NCBI GenBank assembly: GCA_963840035.1
Contig: CAWIXE010000002.1
Coordinates: 640,001 to 704,000, forward strand
DNA: 64,000 bases
Direction: 5' to 3'
Source: a candidate division FCPU426 bacterium
GTDB taxonomy: Bacteria > Oederibacteriota > PGYV01 > Palsa-1178
Made by a program: the position numbers and the translations under genes. This document shows, piece after piece, positions 28,965 to 38,995 of this stretch. The notes below the pieces were generated by a model. The model saw nothing but the letters and a program-made list of their open reading frames with translations, was not told the origin of the DNA and did not search any database. Position 1 is the stretch's first letter, and the number at the start of each line of letters is the position of its first letter.

Positions 28965-31388
28965 ATGAAAAGAATCATAACATGCGCAGCCATAATGTTG
29001 ATGGCCGCTTCAGGTATTTCCGGATATGCCATCAGCGGTTTGTCCATTACTGACAAGGAAGGCGTGCCTGTAAGGCTTACCGGCATTAACGCGCCATACC
29101 TGCCGATGCTTGATGAGCCGGAAATAAAGGCCGGACTTGACCTTATCAAACGTTCAGGGGTTAAAGTCGTCAGGGTTTTTGCCTCATTCTGCGGAAACAA
29201 GTCATATTCAATTCAGACAGGCCTGGGCAAGTATAATGACATGGCCCTTGAAACGCTGGATTTTACCCTTGCTGAAATCGGTGTCCGAGGCATGAAAGCG
29301 ATAGTGGTGCTTAGTGACTCCAATAAAACCTACGGCGGCAAGGAAGTGTATGCCCAGTGGGTGGGAGGTTCCAACGAAGACGTCTTTTTTAAAGACAAGA
29401 TTTGCCGGGAGTATTTCAAGCAGTTCATAACCATGATTTTGGACAGAAAAAACACGCTGACAGGCATTAAATATAAAAAAGACCCGAATATATTCGCGTG
29501 GGACCTTTGTAATGACGCTGAGAATAAAAGCGATGAGACAGGCGCGGCTATTTATAAGTGGGCCGGGGAAATGTCGGGATTCATAAAGGCCGATGATAAA
29601 ATGCATCCTGTGATAATGGGCGTTAAAAAGATTGTTATTTCCGATGATGAGATAAACGCTTATGACCTTTTCCTCGTTCCGGGGCTCGATGCGGCGTATA
29701 TTACGCTGAAGGCCGACGCGAAGATACCGCCTAACACGGCGCTTAATTATATTAAAAGGTATACTGCGGCTTTCTACGCGCAGGTGAACAAGCCCGTATT
29801 CCTGAACTTCAGCGACATTACAGGCGGAGCTTCGGCGACCATGTTATCCGACGCGGCAAGGTCTTTCTTTGAATCAAACGGGTCGCTGATAATATACAAC
29901 TACGCAGGGCTCCTGGCCTATAAGAAATATCCCGGCGCGCTTGACCTGGAAAATGATGCCGTTACAGGGGAGCTTCTTAAGGCCGCTGAAATATCCGATG
30001 AATTCAGGAAAGATGTGCCTGCCATTGCGATAAAATCGGTAAAAGTTTCCGCTGAACCGTACTCGGCAAAAATAACTTTTGATCTTTCCGAAAAGACAGA
30101 CGCGGAAGTGTTATACGGGGAATCAATGCCTTTAAAAACCAGGGCAAAAAAGGCGGCGGCGGAAGAGCTCAGCCAGTCGGTGCGAATCGACGGGCTGAAG
30201 GCCAACACCAAATACTTTTATATTGTAAAAGCGGGATCGTCCGCAAAAGCCGGCGTGACAAAAGTAAACAGTTTTATGACGTCCATACCTGAAAGAATAC
30301 CGGCTGTGCCTTTTAAAAGGAGTAAAAATTTTATCACCGTAAAAGGCACGCAGTTTTTTGACGGGGATAAACCGTATAAATATGTCGGGACCAATTGTTA
30401 CTATTTGAGATATACCAAGGACAAGTCCGTTGTTGACTACGTAATGAGGGAAGCTTCGCGCATGGGGTTTAAGGTAATAAGGGTGGGCTCAAACGGGGAA
30501 GCGGTCGATGAAAAAGAGGCGAGCGCGGGGGACCCGCTGAGGTACTTAAGGATAGGGCCGGACAAGTTCAATGAAAAGGCTTACAAAGGACTGGATTATG
30601 TAATAGATTCCGCTAGAAGAAATAACATGAGGGTCATACTGCATTTCTCGGATAATTGGGAATACTACGGCGGATTAAAAGTCTACGCTAAATGGGCGGG
30701 GCTGGAAGACAAGAACGCCGTATTCACAAATGAATTGTGCAGGAAGTACTTCAAGCAGACTATTGACGCACTTGTTAAAAGGAAAAATACATATTCGAAA
30801 ATTGATTATAAAGATGACCCGACAATTTTCGCCTATGACCTTTCAAATGAGCCGCGCGATGAAAACGACCCGACCGGCAAGGAACTTAACGGATGGATTG
30901 CCGAGATGTCAGCGTACGTTAAGTCTTTGGATAAGAAGCATCTTGTCACGACCGGCAGCGAAGGATTCTTCCTGAAAGAAGACGGCACTCATTATGGCGG
31001 CGCTGATTTTATAACCGAACACCAGATACCCACGATTGACTTCTGCACATACCACGTATATCCTTCGTATGAGCATAATAACTACTCGCTTAAAACAACA
31101 AAATGGATGATAGACCGTTGGGTAAAAACGGCGCATGAAACCATAGGAAAGCCTGTTGTTATGGAAGAATACGGTATCCCAAGCAAGAACCCTGATTTCC
31201 CGAAAGCCACCTGGATAAGGGAAATGACAAATCAGTTCTTTAATGACGGAGGGGACGGAGTAAACTACTGGTTCCTGATAGACCCGTCGTATTCAGGCGG
31301 TGATGGTTTTGAAGTCACCCCGGATGACACGGAATATGTAAATGAATTCATCAAAGTAGCCAACACTATCAATAAAGACGGTTATTAA
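28965..31388 (+). CDS. Tandem GH5 endo-beta-mannanase-like protein (degenerate GH5 + Fn3-like + intact GH5)
   Basis: Second domain has GTNCYY, NWEYYGG, YDLSNEPR, TYHVYP and KPVVMEEYG. First domain has WDLCND and KPVFLNF. Middle segment VRIDGLKANTKYFY. Confidence 0.85.
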   Translation: MKRIITCAAIMLMAASGISGYAISGLSITDKEGVPVRLTGINAPYLPMLDEPEIKAGLDLIKRSGVKVVRVFASFCGNKSYSIQTGLGKYNDMALETLDFTLAEIGVRGMKAIVVLSDSNKTYGGKEVYAQWVGGSNEDVFFKDKICREYFKQFITMILDRKNTLTGIKYKKDPNIFAWDLCNDAENKSDETGAAIYKWAGEMSGFIKADDKMHPVIMGVKKIVISDDEINAYDLFLVPGLDAAYITLKADAKIPPNTALNYIKRYTAAFYAQVNKPVFLNFSDITGGASATMLSDAARSFFESNGSLIIYNYAGLLAYKKYPGALDLENDAVTGELLKAAEISDEFRKDVPAIAIKSVKVSAEPYSAKITFDLSEKTDAEVLYGESMPLKTRAKKAAAEELSQSVRIDGLKANTKYFYIVKAGSSAKAGVTKVNSFMTSIPERIPAVPFKRSKNFITVKGTQFFDGDKPYKYVGTNCYYLRYTKDKSVVDYVMREASRMGFKVIRVGSNGEAVDEKEASAGDPLRYLRIGPDKFNEKAYKGLDYVIDSARRNNMRVILHFSDNWEYYGGLKVYAKWAGLEDKNAVFTNELCRKYFKQTIDALVKRKNTYSKIDYKDDPTIFAYDLSNEPRDENDPTGKELNGWIAEMSAYVKSLDKKHLVTTGSEGFFLKEDGTHYGGADFITEHQIPTIDFCTYHVYPSYEHNNYSLKTTKWMIDRWVKTAHETIGKPVVMEEYGIPSKNPDFPKATWIREMTNQFFNDGGDGVNYWFLIDPSYSGGDGFEVTPDDTEYVNEFIKVANTINKDGY

Positions 31389-31426
31389 ACTGTAATTTTC
31401 AGAATTTTGATCCTGCGGAGGTTAAT

Positions 31427-32071
31427 ATGAAAAAGACAATTGCGGTCATTTTACTTGCAACGGCAATTATTTTATGTTCGTGCGGTAAGGTTAAGGAATA
31501 TCCGACATCAACGCTCATGTTGTCGGCGGGCGGCACCGATAATTCCACGTATCCTTTTGAGGACGCTGGAGGGCTCGCGGGATTCAGCATCATTGATGTA
31601 CCAACTAACCGGCGTTTTTTATCCATGTCTTTTTCAACTGAGCAGGCATACAAGGGATCCGGTTCGGTAAAAATAGCATGCAACTTTAACGCAGGCAACT
31701 CTGGTGGCGTTATATCCAGAAGCGGGACAAATATGCCCATGGCGGGAAAGACTATAACAGCCTATGTATGGGTCCCATACGGGATGTTTCCGCTGTCTCT
31801 GGTGTACGGCACGTCCATATTTGTCCAAATCGCAAATTTTAACTGGTATGACAGCGGCTGGAAAAATTTGACCCCGGCATCGGCAATAGTCCCGGGTATG
31901 TGGAACAAAATTTCGGCGAAGGTGGATGACATGATATTCAACGGCAAGAATTTCGCGGGCAATGGCGATAATGCCAATACAGCCATAATATGGGGAATAA
32001 AGGTCGGACAGGGCGGATCTTCCCCGAATTACACGGGAGACATTTACATAGATTCAATAACGGTTGAATGA
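31427..32071 (+). CDS. Lipoprotein with a single CBM-like domain
   Basis: Lipobox LCSC. YPFED...QAYKGSGSVKI...WYDSGW...GMWN...IYIDSI resembles the repeats of 25234-28944. Confidence 0.7.
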   Translation: MKKTIAVILLATAIILCSCGKVKEYPTSTLMLSAGGTDNSTYPFEDAGGLAGFSIIDVPTNRRFLSMSFSTEQAYKGSGSVKIACNFNAGNSGGVISRSGTNMPMAGKTITAYVWVPYGMFPLSLVYGTSIFVQIANFNWYDSGWKNLTPASAIVPGMWNKISAKVDDMIFNGKNFAGNGDNANTAIIWGIKVGQGGSSPNYTGDIYIDSITVE

Positions 32072-32673
32072 TACAGATGGAGATTATTACTGTAGTTGAC
32101 CCGATTATGGGTGAGAATTGTTATCTGCTGATAGAAAGCGGCGAAGCTGTAATAATTGACCCCGGTCTGGCGTACGAAAGCATCAAATTGAAAATTGAAA
32201 ATCTTAAATTGAAAATTAAATATATTTTATTAACCCACGGCCACTACGACCACATCTTTTCACTCCAATATTTCAGGGATATAAAGACCTATGCCCATGA
32301 AAAAGAACGCGCTATGCTTGAAAATCCGGACATAAACCTCTCGTCGCGAGTGGGCGAACAGTTTTCATTTAAGGACATAACTTACTTTGGCGGGGAAACA
32401 TATCAAATGGACGGCTTTGAATTCATGCATTCCCCCGGACATACAGAAGGCGGGGTCCTCATAAAAAAAGGAAATGACATATTCACGGGAGACACGCTGT
32501 TCTTTGATTCCATTGGCCGTTCTGATACACCTTCAGGCGACCCTGAGGCTATGAAGAGGACATTAAAGATATTTGATAAGATTGACAGAAAATGCGTCAT
32601 GCACCCCGGACACGGGGAGAGTTTCGTGCTTGAAGATGCTTTTAAAACAAATTATTTTCTCAGGAAAAGATGA
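32068..32673 (+). CDS. MBL-fold metallo-hydrolase (glyoxalase II-like)
   Basis: LTHGHYDH, SPGHT, FTGDTLF and PGHG motifs. Confidence 0.92.
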   Translation: MIQMEIITVVDPIMGENCYLLIESGEAVIIDPGLAYESIKLKIENLKLKIKYILLTHGHYDHIFSLQYFRDIKTYAHEKERAMLENPDINLSSRVGEQFSFKDITYFGGETYQMDGFEFMHSPGHTEGGVLIKKGNDIFTGDTLFFDSIGRSDTPSGDPEAMKRTLKIFDKIDRKCVMHPGHGESFVLEDAFKTNYFLRKR

Positions 32674-32944
32674 TGAAGCATCCTGTTGTAAACATAACCA
32701 GGAGAAAACAGGGCGTTGTTCCAAAAAATTTCTGCAAAGACCGGCTGATGCGCTTAAAGATAGGAAAAAAAATTACCAATATCGCAAAGGGAAATTCACC
32801 GTCAAACCGCTAAAAAAAATTTCCTATGATTGTGTAGTATTTTGTCAACTTATCAGAAATCTGTTTTTAAAACAAACACACATAAAAGTCTATATAAATA
32901 TGGGCTAATATTGATAGGTATATACAAATGGCAGACGTTTTGTA

Positions 32945-32973
32945 TTGACAAAATATGACGCTTGTACTATAAT
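32945..32973 (+). promoter_or_regulatory. Perfect consensus sigma70 promoter
   Basis: TTGACA-17 nt-TATAAT. Confidence 0.85.
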
Positions 32974-32995
32974 TGATAAAAGGTTGAATTTTATC

Positions 32996-33304
32996 ATGGA
33001 GCGTGCGGCTGTGAATAAAGAGGATTTTCTTGAAGTAATATCCACATGGAATTCCATATATCTTTCAAACCACCTTGCCTATGAGATACAAAAAAAGGAA
33101 AGCTTTGAGCCTGAATGGAAAAAGAGAATGCTCAGGGTTATTTCCGTTCTTTATGTAACTGATGAGATAAAAGACACGCCCGTGGAAAGCATGGTAAATA
33201 AAGCCATACGTTACGCTAAAAATTCTGATTCATCCAAAATTCAGGAAGTTCATGAGCTGTTGTATACCGTAGAGAAGTTTATTAACGAAGACACAGACAA
33301 CTAA
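32996..33304 (+). CDS. Hypothetical helical protein
   Basis: ORF directly downstream of the consensus promoter; start MERAAV. Confidence 0.6.
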   Translation: MERAAVNKEDFLEVISTWNSIYLSNHLAYEIQKKESFEPEWKKRMLRVISVLYVTDEIKDTPVESMVNKAIRYAKNSDSSKIQEVHELLYTVEKFINEDTDN

Positions 33305-33375
33305 TCACAAGTCCCAAATCACAAATCCCAAATAACGGCACTTCTTTGGGATATGTGATTTGGGATTTGAGATTT
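33303..33375. repeat. Inverted pair of AATC(A/C)CA heptamer arrays
   Basis: aatcaca agtccca aatcaca aatccca ... tttggga tatgtga tttggga tttgaga. Confidence 0.85.
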
Positions 33376-33440
33376 TGTGGTTGATTTTACCCCTATAAAT
33401 GTTAAAATCCCTTAGGTAATTATATCATCCGGAGGTAATT

Positions 33441-34340
33441 ATGTCTGTCGTTATAGTAGGGTCAATGGCTTTTGACACCATAGAAACACCCTTTGATAAA
33501 AGGGAAAAAGTGCTGGGCGGCGCGTGCGTTTACGCGTCTATCGCGGCATCATATTTTGACAGGCCTTACATAGTCGGGGTTGTAGGCGATGATTTTACCG
33601 ATGCCCAATTCAAGCTCCTTCACGATAAAAAGATCGATACGCTCGGCGTAAAAAAGGAAAAAGGAAAATCTTTTTTCTGGGCCGGCAGGTATAATGCCGA
33701 CATGAAAACCAGGGAAACAATCACCACGGAACTCAATGTGTTTGAGCATTTTAACCCTGAGATACCTGAAAAATACAGCGCCATGCCGTACTTGTTCCTG
33801 GCGAATATTGACCCAGCGCTGCAGCTCAAGGTTTTGAATTCAATGAAAAAGCTGAAATTTTCAATGTGCGACACCATGAACCTCTGGATTTCCATAAAGA
33901 AACCTGAATTGACGGAAGTGTTTAAAAGGGTCAACTGCGTTGTTTTAAATGATGAAGAGATAGCCCAGTATACCGGAAAAACAGACATAGTATCAGGGGC
34001 GAAGGACATAATGAAACTCGGGCCCCAATATATTATTATTAAAAAAGGGGAGCATGGAGCTGTTTTGATCGGGAAGAACCTTTATTTTAACCTGCCGGCT
34101 TACCCTGTGGCAAAAGCGTCTGACCCTACCGGGGCCGGGGATACTTTTGGCGGGGCGTTCATCGGATACCTCGCGGGCCGCAATGACACAGGCGTGTCCG
34201 CCATGAAAAAAGCCATTGCATACGGAAATACGGCAGCCTCATTTACAGTGGAAGACTTCGGGGTTGACCGCATTAACGGCGTCTCCAGGAAAGAAATTGA
34301 CGCGAGGATGAATCAACTGAAGAAAATGGTTACATTCTAA
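33441..34340 (+). CDS. PfkB family carbohydrate kinase
   Basis: VGSMAFD...LGGA, IIKKGEHGA and DPTGAGDTFGG motifs. Confidence 0.92.
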   Translation: MSVVIVGSMAFDTIETPFDKREKVLGGACVYASIAASYFDRPYIVGVVGDDFTDAQFKLLHDKKIDTLGVKKEKGKSFFWAGRYNADMKTRETITTELNVFEHFNPEIPEKYSAMPYLFLANIDPALQLKVLNSMKKLKFSMCDTMNLWISIKKPELTEVFKRVNCVVLNDEEIAQYTGKTDIVSGAKDIMKLGPQYIIIKKGEHGAVLIGKNLYFNLPAYPVAKASDPTGAGDTFGGAFIGYLAGRNDTGVSAMKKAIAYGNTAASFTVEDFGVDRINGVSRKEIDARMNQLKKMVTF

Positions 34341-34435
34341 CTTAAAACTGGAAGCTGAAAACTGAAAGTGAATTCGAAAAATGCTTCAACTTTAAGTTTT
34401 CAGTTTTAAATTTTAAGTTAATGATAGGGGTTTAT

Positions 34436-35656
34436 ATGGGCGGTATTGAGAATCTCGAAGGCGATCTTCTCAGAGTGCTCCAGAATATGGAAGGAGAAAA
34501 GCTTAAAAACCTTCCGCCGTATGTCTTTGGTACCGTTAAAAAAGAACTTGCCTCGCTGCGCAAGGCGGGTAAGGACATAATTGATTTTTCCATGGGAAAC
34601 CCTGACGGGGCCACGCCCAGGCATATTGTCGATAAGCTCATTGAGGCTGTACAGAACCCGAAAAACCACAGGTATTCCGCGTCAAGGGGCATTTATAAGC
34701 TGAACCTTGCCGTTGCTGATTTTTATAAAAGGCGTTTTAGCGTGGAACTTGACCCTAATACCGAATGCATTACCACAATCGGATCAAAAGAAGGAATCTC
34801 GCACCTGATGTACGCGGTAATAAACAGGGGCGACAATGTGATAGTTCCGACGCCGTGCTATCCGATACATTCCATAGCGGTTACTTTGGCCGGCGGAAAT
34901 GTAATATCGGTCCCTATGGTAAAAGGCAGGGACTTTTTTGACGATATGGTAAAGGTAGTGGAAAATACATGGCCGAAGCCGAAGTTTCTGCTGCTGAATT
35001 ATCCGCATAACCCGACGGCGGAAGTGGTGGAACTTTCGTTCTTTGAAAAAGTGGTGGATTTCGCGAAGAAGAATAACCTGATAGTGCTTCACGACAACGC
35101 CTATTCGGAATTATATTTTGACGGCTTTGTGCCGCCGAGCTTCCTTCAGGCACCCGGGGCAAAGGATGTGGGCGCTGAATTTTATACGCTTTCGAAGACC
35201 TATAACATGCCCGGATGGCGGGTGGGTTTCCTTGTTGGAAATAAATACATAGTTAAAGCCCTTGAGAAAATAAAAAGTTACCTCGATTACGGAATGTTCC
35301 AGCCCATACAGATCGCGGCAATCCACGCGCTCAACTCGCGTGATGACAGTGTCGACGACATAAGGGCGGTTTACAAGGCCAGGCGCGACGTGCTCGTTGA
35401 CGGGCTTTTAAAGCTCGGGTGGGAAGTCGATAAGCCAAAAGCGACCATGTTCGTATGGGCTAAAATACCCGCGCAGTTTGCGTCCCTTTCCGCGGTTGAT
35501 TTTTCCATGAAGCTGATGAGGGAAGCGGAAACAGCGGTCTCGCCCGGAACGGGTTTTGGGCCCGGAGGTGAAGGATTTGTCCGCTTCGCGCTTATTGAGA
35601 ACGAACAGAGGACGCATCAGGCTTTAAGGAATATAAAGGCTATGATGGGTAAGTAG
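34436..35656 (+). CDS. alaC: Class I/II aminotransferase, AlaC-like
   Basis: LPPYVF, DFSMGNPDGATP, IGSKEG, SKTYNMPGWRVG, KSYLDYG and VRFALIENEQR motifs. Confidence 0.8.
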   Translation: MGGIENLEGDLLRVLQNMEGEKLKNLPPYVFGTVKKELASLRKAGKDIIDFSMGNPDGATPRHIVDKLIEAVQNPKNHRYSASRGIYKLNLAVADFYKRRFSVELDPNTECITTIGSKEGISHLMYAVINRGDNVIVPTPCYPIHSIAVTLAGGNVISVPMVKGRDFFDDMVKVVENTWPKPKFLLLNYPHNPTAEVVELSFFEKVVDFAKKNNLIVLHDNAYSELYFDGFVPPSFLQAPGAKDVGAEFYTLSKTYNMPGWRVGFLVGNKYIVKALEKIKSYLDYGMFQPIQIAAIHALNSRDDSVDDIRAVYKARRDVLVDGLLKLGWEVDKPKATMFVWAKIPAQFASLSAVDFSMKLMREAETAVSPGTGFGPGGEGFVRFALIENEQRTHQALRNIKAMMGK

Positions 35657-35726
35657 AAATACAATTGACAATGGACAATTGTCAATTGACTATAAAAAAG
35701 ATCAAAAAAATCGTCGGAGGTTTTAA

Positions 35727-36911
35727 ATGATCGCGGACAGGATGAAAAAAGTTTCAGCTTCAATCACGCTTGCCATTGACGCAAAGGCAAAGCAGATGAT
35801 AGCGGACGGCGTTGACTTAGTCGGGTTTGGAGCCGGAGAACCGGATTTTAATACGCCTGAGAATATCAAACAGGCCGGGATAAAGGCCATAACCGAGAAT
35901 AAGACACGCTATACACCTTCATCAGGGCTTCCGGACTTAAGGAACCTTATAGCCGCAAAACTAAAAAAGGACAACGGGCTTGATTATAAGATGGGGAACA
36001 TTATAGTTTCCTGCGGAGCCAAACATTCGCTTTTTAATATTTTCATGGCCGGCTTAAATCCCGGCGATGAAGTGATTATTTTTGCCCCTTACTGGGTATC
36101 CTATTACGAGATGGCCAACATGGCACAGGCAGTACCGGTGCTTGTGAACCTTGATGAGTCCAGGAACTTTGAGATTGATTTTGACCTGCTGAAATCAAAG
36201 ATAACGAAGAAGACAAAAGCGATGATCGTAAATTCGCCTTCAAATCCTACGGGGTGCGTGCTTTCCGCGGATTCGCTGAAAAAACTCGCTGAGATAGCGC
36301 TGGAAAACAATATCCTGATTATTTCGGATGAGATTTATGAAAAGAACCTTTACAACGGCAAGAAACACATTTCAATCGCTTCCTTATCGCCGGAAGTAAA
36401 GTCGAAAACAGTCGTGGTAAACGGCCTTTCAAAGTCGCATGCCATGACAGGCTGGCGCATAGGCTACATAGCCGCGGATGACATGGAACTGGTAAAAGCC
36501 ATGGACAACCTCCAGTCGCATTCGACATCAAACCCGGCCACAATTTCACAGATGGCCGCCATCGAGGCGTGTAAGACCGATGAGTCAGTGGTGCAGGCCA
36601 TGGTTAATGAGTTTGACAAACGCAGGAAGCATATAATTGAGAGGGTGCGCGCGATCAAAGGTTTGACCTGCGTGGAACCGGACGGCGCTTTTTATGTTTT
36701 CCCGAACTTCAAACAGCTCCTTGGAAAGGAAATTAAAGGCAAAAAGATTGAAGGCTCCATGTCGCTGGCCGATATACTTTTAACTGAGGCAAAAGTCGCG
36801 GTTGTGCCGGGAATAGCTTTCGGAAGCGACGTGCACTTCAGGATGTCATACGCGACATCCATGCAGAATATAGACAAAGGGCTCGACAGGATAGCTGAGA
36901 TTTTAAAGTAG
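35727..36911 (+). CDS. aspC: Aspartate aminotransferase (class I/II)
   Basis: FGAGEPDF, NSPSNPTG, SDEIY, SKSHAMTGWRIG and RMSYATS motifs. Confidence 0.85.
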   Translation: MIADRMKKVSASITLAIDAKAKQMIADGVDLVGFGAGEPDFNTPENIKQAGIKAITENKTRYTPSSGLPDLRNLIAAKLKKDNGLDYKMGNIIVSCGAKHSLFNIFMAGLNPGDEVIIFAPYWVSYYEMANMAQAVPVLVNLDESRNFEIDFDLLKSKITKKTKAMIVNSPSNPTGCVLSADSLKKLAEIALENNILIISDEIYEKNLYNGKKHISIASLSPEVKSKTVVVNGLSKSHAMTGWRIGYIAADDMELVKAMDNLQSHSTSNPATISQMAAIEACKTDESVVQAMVNEFDKRRKHIIERVRAIKGLTCVEPDGAFYVFPNFKQLLGKEIKGKKIEGSMSLADILLTEAKVAVVPGIAFGSDVHFRMSYATSMQNIDKGLDRIAEILK

Positions 36912-36991
36912 GATAAAAGCTCAGAGCCCAAAGCTCAGGTGAAATCTACTTGGGATATGGGCTCTGGGATATTACACTTTCAAGGAGTTAT

Positions 36992-37702
36992 ATGGCTGAC
37001 CAGATCTGGTTAAAGGATGTAAAGTGCCCGGCGTGTGACCTTGCGTTTAAGACCGCCAGGGTAAAACCGTCGGCGCTTAAGGTGAAAATGGGCGAGGCTG
37101 ATTTTCATAAGATTTATGAAAATATTAACCCGCTCCTGTACGCTGTCACGTCATGCCCGGGCTGCAATTATTCCGCCAGGAATGACGAGTTTGACGACAG
37201 GACGCTGGAGTACCACCCGCAGATAATAAAGATAGCCATGGCCATAAAGGATTCCGGCAAGAACGTGAAATTTCCGGAGACAAAGGACAGCGATTTGGAA
37301 ACATCGGCAAAGAAGCACCTCCTGGCCATAACTTTTGCCAAACTTTTTAAGCCGGAGGACCCGCTTACCATAGCGGGGTTATATATGCACCTTGCGTGGA
37401 TGCACAGGGAAGCTGGCAACGCGGAAAAAGACAGGGAATACTTAAAACCGGCTCTTGAATATTACATAAAAACTTTTGAAAAGGGCAGCCACATTCCTGA
37501 AAAGATCGGCGAGCCGGGCATAATTTACCTTATAGGCGAGCTAAACAGGGTTCTCGGAAATAATACCGAAGCGGTTACCTGGTTTTCCCGCGTGGTAAAG
37601 CACGATCAGATTCATAATTTCCCGAGCATTGAAAACCTGGCAAGAGACGCGTGGGAGAAGGTCACGGAAGAGAAGCGCAGGGCGAAAGAGCAGGAAAAAT
37701 AG
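36992..37702 (+). CDS. DUF2225 domain protein (Zn ribbons + TPR-like)
   Basis: CPAC...INPLLYAV..CPGCNYSA, LAWMHRE and YLIGEL motifs. Start after AAGGAG. Confidence 0.85.
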   Translation: MADQIWLKDVKCPACDLAFKTARVKPSALKVKMGEADFHKIYENINPLLYAVTSCPGCNYSARNDEFDDRTLEYHPQIIKIAMAIKDSGKNVKFPETKDSDLETSAKKHLLAITFAKLFKPEDPLTIAGLYMHLAWMHREAGNAEKDREYLKPALEYYIKTFEKGSHIPEKIGEPGIIYLIGELNRVLGNNTEAVTWFSRVVKHDQIHNFPSIENLARDAWEKVTEEKRRAKEQEK

Positions 37703-37766
37703 CCCAAAGCCCAGAGCTCAAGTCCCAAGTGACGCAGACTTGGGCTATGGGCTCTGAGCTTTGGCT
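37701..37766. repeat. Inverted pair of AGC(C/T)CA(A/G) heptamer arrays
   Basis: agcccaa agcccag agctcaa gtcccaa ... ttggg ctatggg ctctgag ctttgg. Same family at 36918-36970. Confidence 0.8.
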
Positions 37767-37782
37767 CACTAAAAGGAGGTTT

Positions 37783-38988
37783 ATGATGAAGATCGCAATC
37801 GTTACAGACACGTACAGGCCGAGGGTAAACGGTGTTGTCGCATCAATAGATACATTTGCCAATGAGTACAGAAAACTCGGGCATGAGGTTATGATAGTTG
37901 CCCCGGAATATCCAAAGGCGCAGAAAGATTTTAAGGACGCCGGAAATGAGCAGTATGTAATCAGGATACACGCGAAACCGATATTTTTTGACCCTGAAGA
38001 CAGCCTTGCTTTTCCCGGGTCGATGGAGGGGCGCAAGACTATTAATGAAAAGATTATCCAGCATAAATTTGACATAATCCACACACAGACCCCGTTCACG
38101 CTGGGTATTGAAGCCGTAAAATGGGCAAAACAGATGGGCTGCCCGATTGTGCAGACGTACCATACGATGTTTGAGTCATACATCGGGCATTATGTAAAGT
38201 TCCTCCCGAAGGCTTTTGGATTCTGGTTCTCAAAGGCTTTTTCAAAATGGTACAGCGACAAGATGGATCTGAACATCACGCCGTCAACGCAGATGATGGA
38301 CCTGCTGCTTACTTATAAAGTAAAGACGCCGGTTGAAGTAAACCCGACAGGCATTAAGATTGACAAATTTAAGGTATTTGACGGTGACGATTTCAGAAAG
38401 AAAAATAATATCCCGAAAGACACCATTTTGTTCCTCTTTATGGGCAGGATCGGCCATGAAAAGAACATCCCGTTCCTTTTTGATGTTTTGAAAAAGGTAC
38501 AGGCGAAAATGCCCGGCAGGGCAATAAAGCTCATGGTTGCCGGAAAAGGCCCGGCCGAGGAAGAAGTAAAAGCGGCGGCAAAGGAAAAAGGCGTTGAAAA
38601 TGACGTGCTGTGGTTCGGATATTTTGACCCTCAGGACTGGGTAAACTGTTACGCTGCTGCAGACCTGTTTACATTCGCTTCAGTGACTGAAACACAGGGG
38701 CTCGTGGTAACGGAAGCTATGGCGGTTGGAACACCTGTTGTTGCCGTCGGCGAAATGGGCGTGGCTGAAGTGATGAAAGGCGACAAGGGCGGAGTGCTTG
38801 TGGATTTAAATGTGGACCACTTTGTGGACGCTGTGGTTAAAATGCTCACGGACAGCAAGTATTACGAATCAAAAAAGAAAGAAGCTTTTGAATACGCTAA
38901 GGAATGGTCGGCTGAGGCAAAGGCGAAGAGCCTTCTGGCGAAATTTGAAAGGGTAATAGCTGAAAAAAAGGCAAAACTTAAAAAATAG
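37783..38988 (+). CDS. GT4 family glycosyltransferase (diacylglycerol glucosyltransferase-like)
   Basis: TDTYRPRVNGV, HTQTPF, GRIGHEKN and ETQGLVVTEAMA motifs. Confidence 0.9.
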   Translation: MMKIAIVTDTYRPRVNGVVASIDTFANEYRKLGHEVMIVAPEYPKAQKDFKDAGNEQYVIRIHAKPIFFDPEDSLAFPGSMEGRKTINEKIIQHKFDIIHTQTPFTLGIEAVKWAKQMGCPIVQTYHTMFESYIGHYVKFLPKAFGFWFSKAFSKWYSDKMDLNITPSTQMMDLLLTYKVKTPVEVNPTGIKIDKFKVFDGDDFRKKNNIPKDTILFLFMGRIGHEKNIPFLFDVLKKVQAKMPGRAIKLMVAGKGPAEEEVKAAAKEKGVENDVLWFGYFDPQDWVNCYAAADLFTFASVTETQGLVVTEAMAVGTPVVAVGEMGVAEVMKGDKGGVLVDLNVDHFVDAVVKMLTDSKYYESKKKEAFEYAKEWSAEAKAKSLLAKFERVIAEKKAKLKK

Positions 38989-38995
38989 GAGATAC

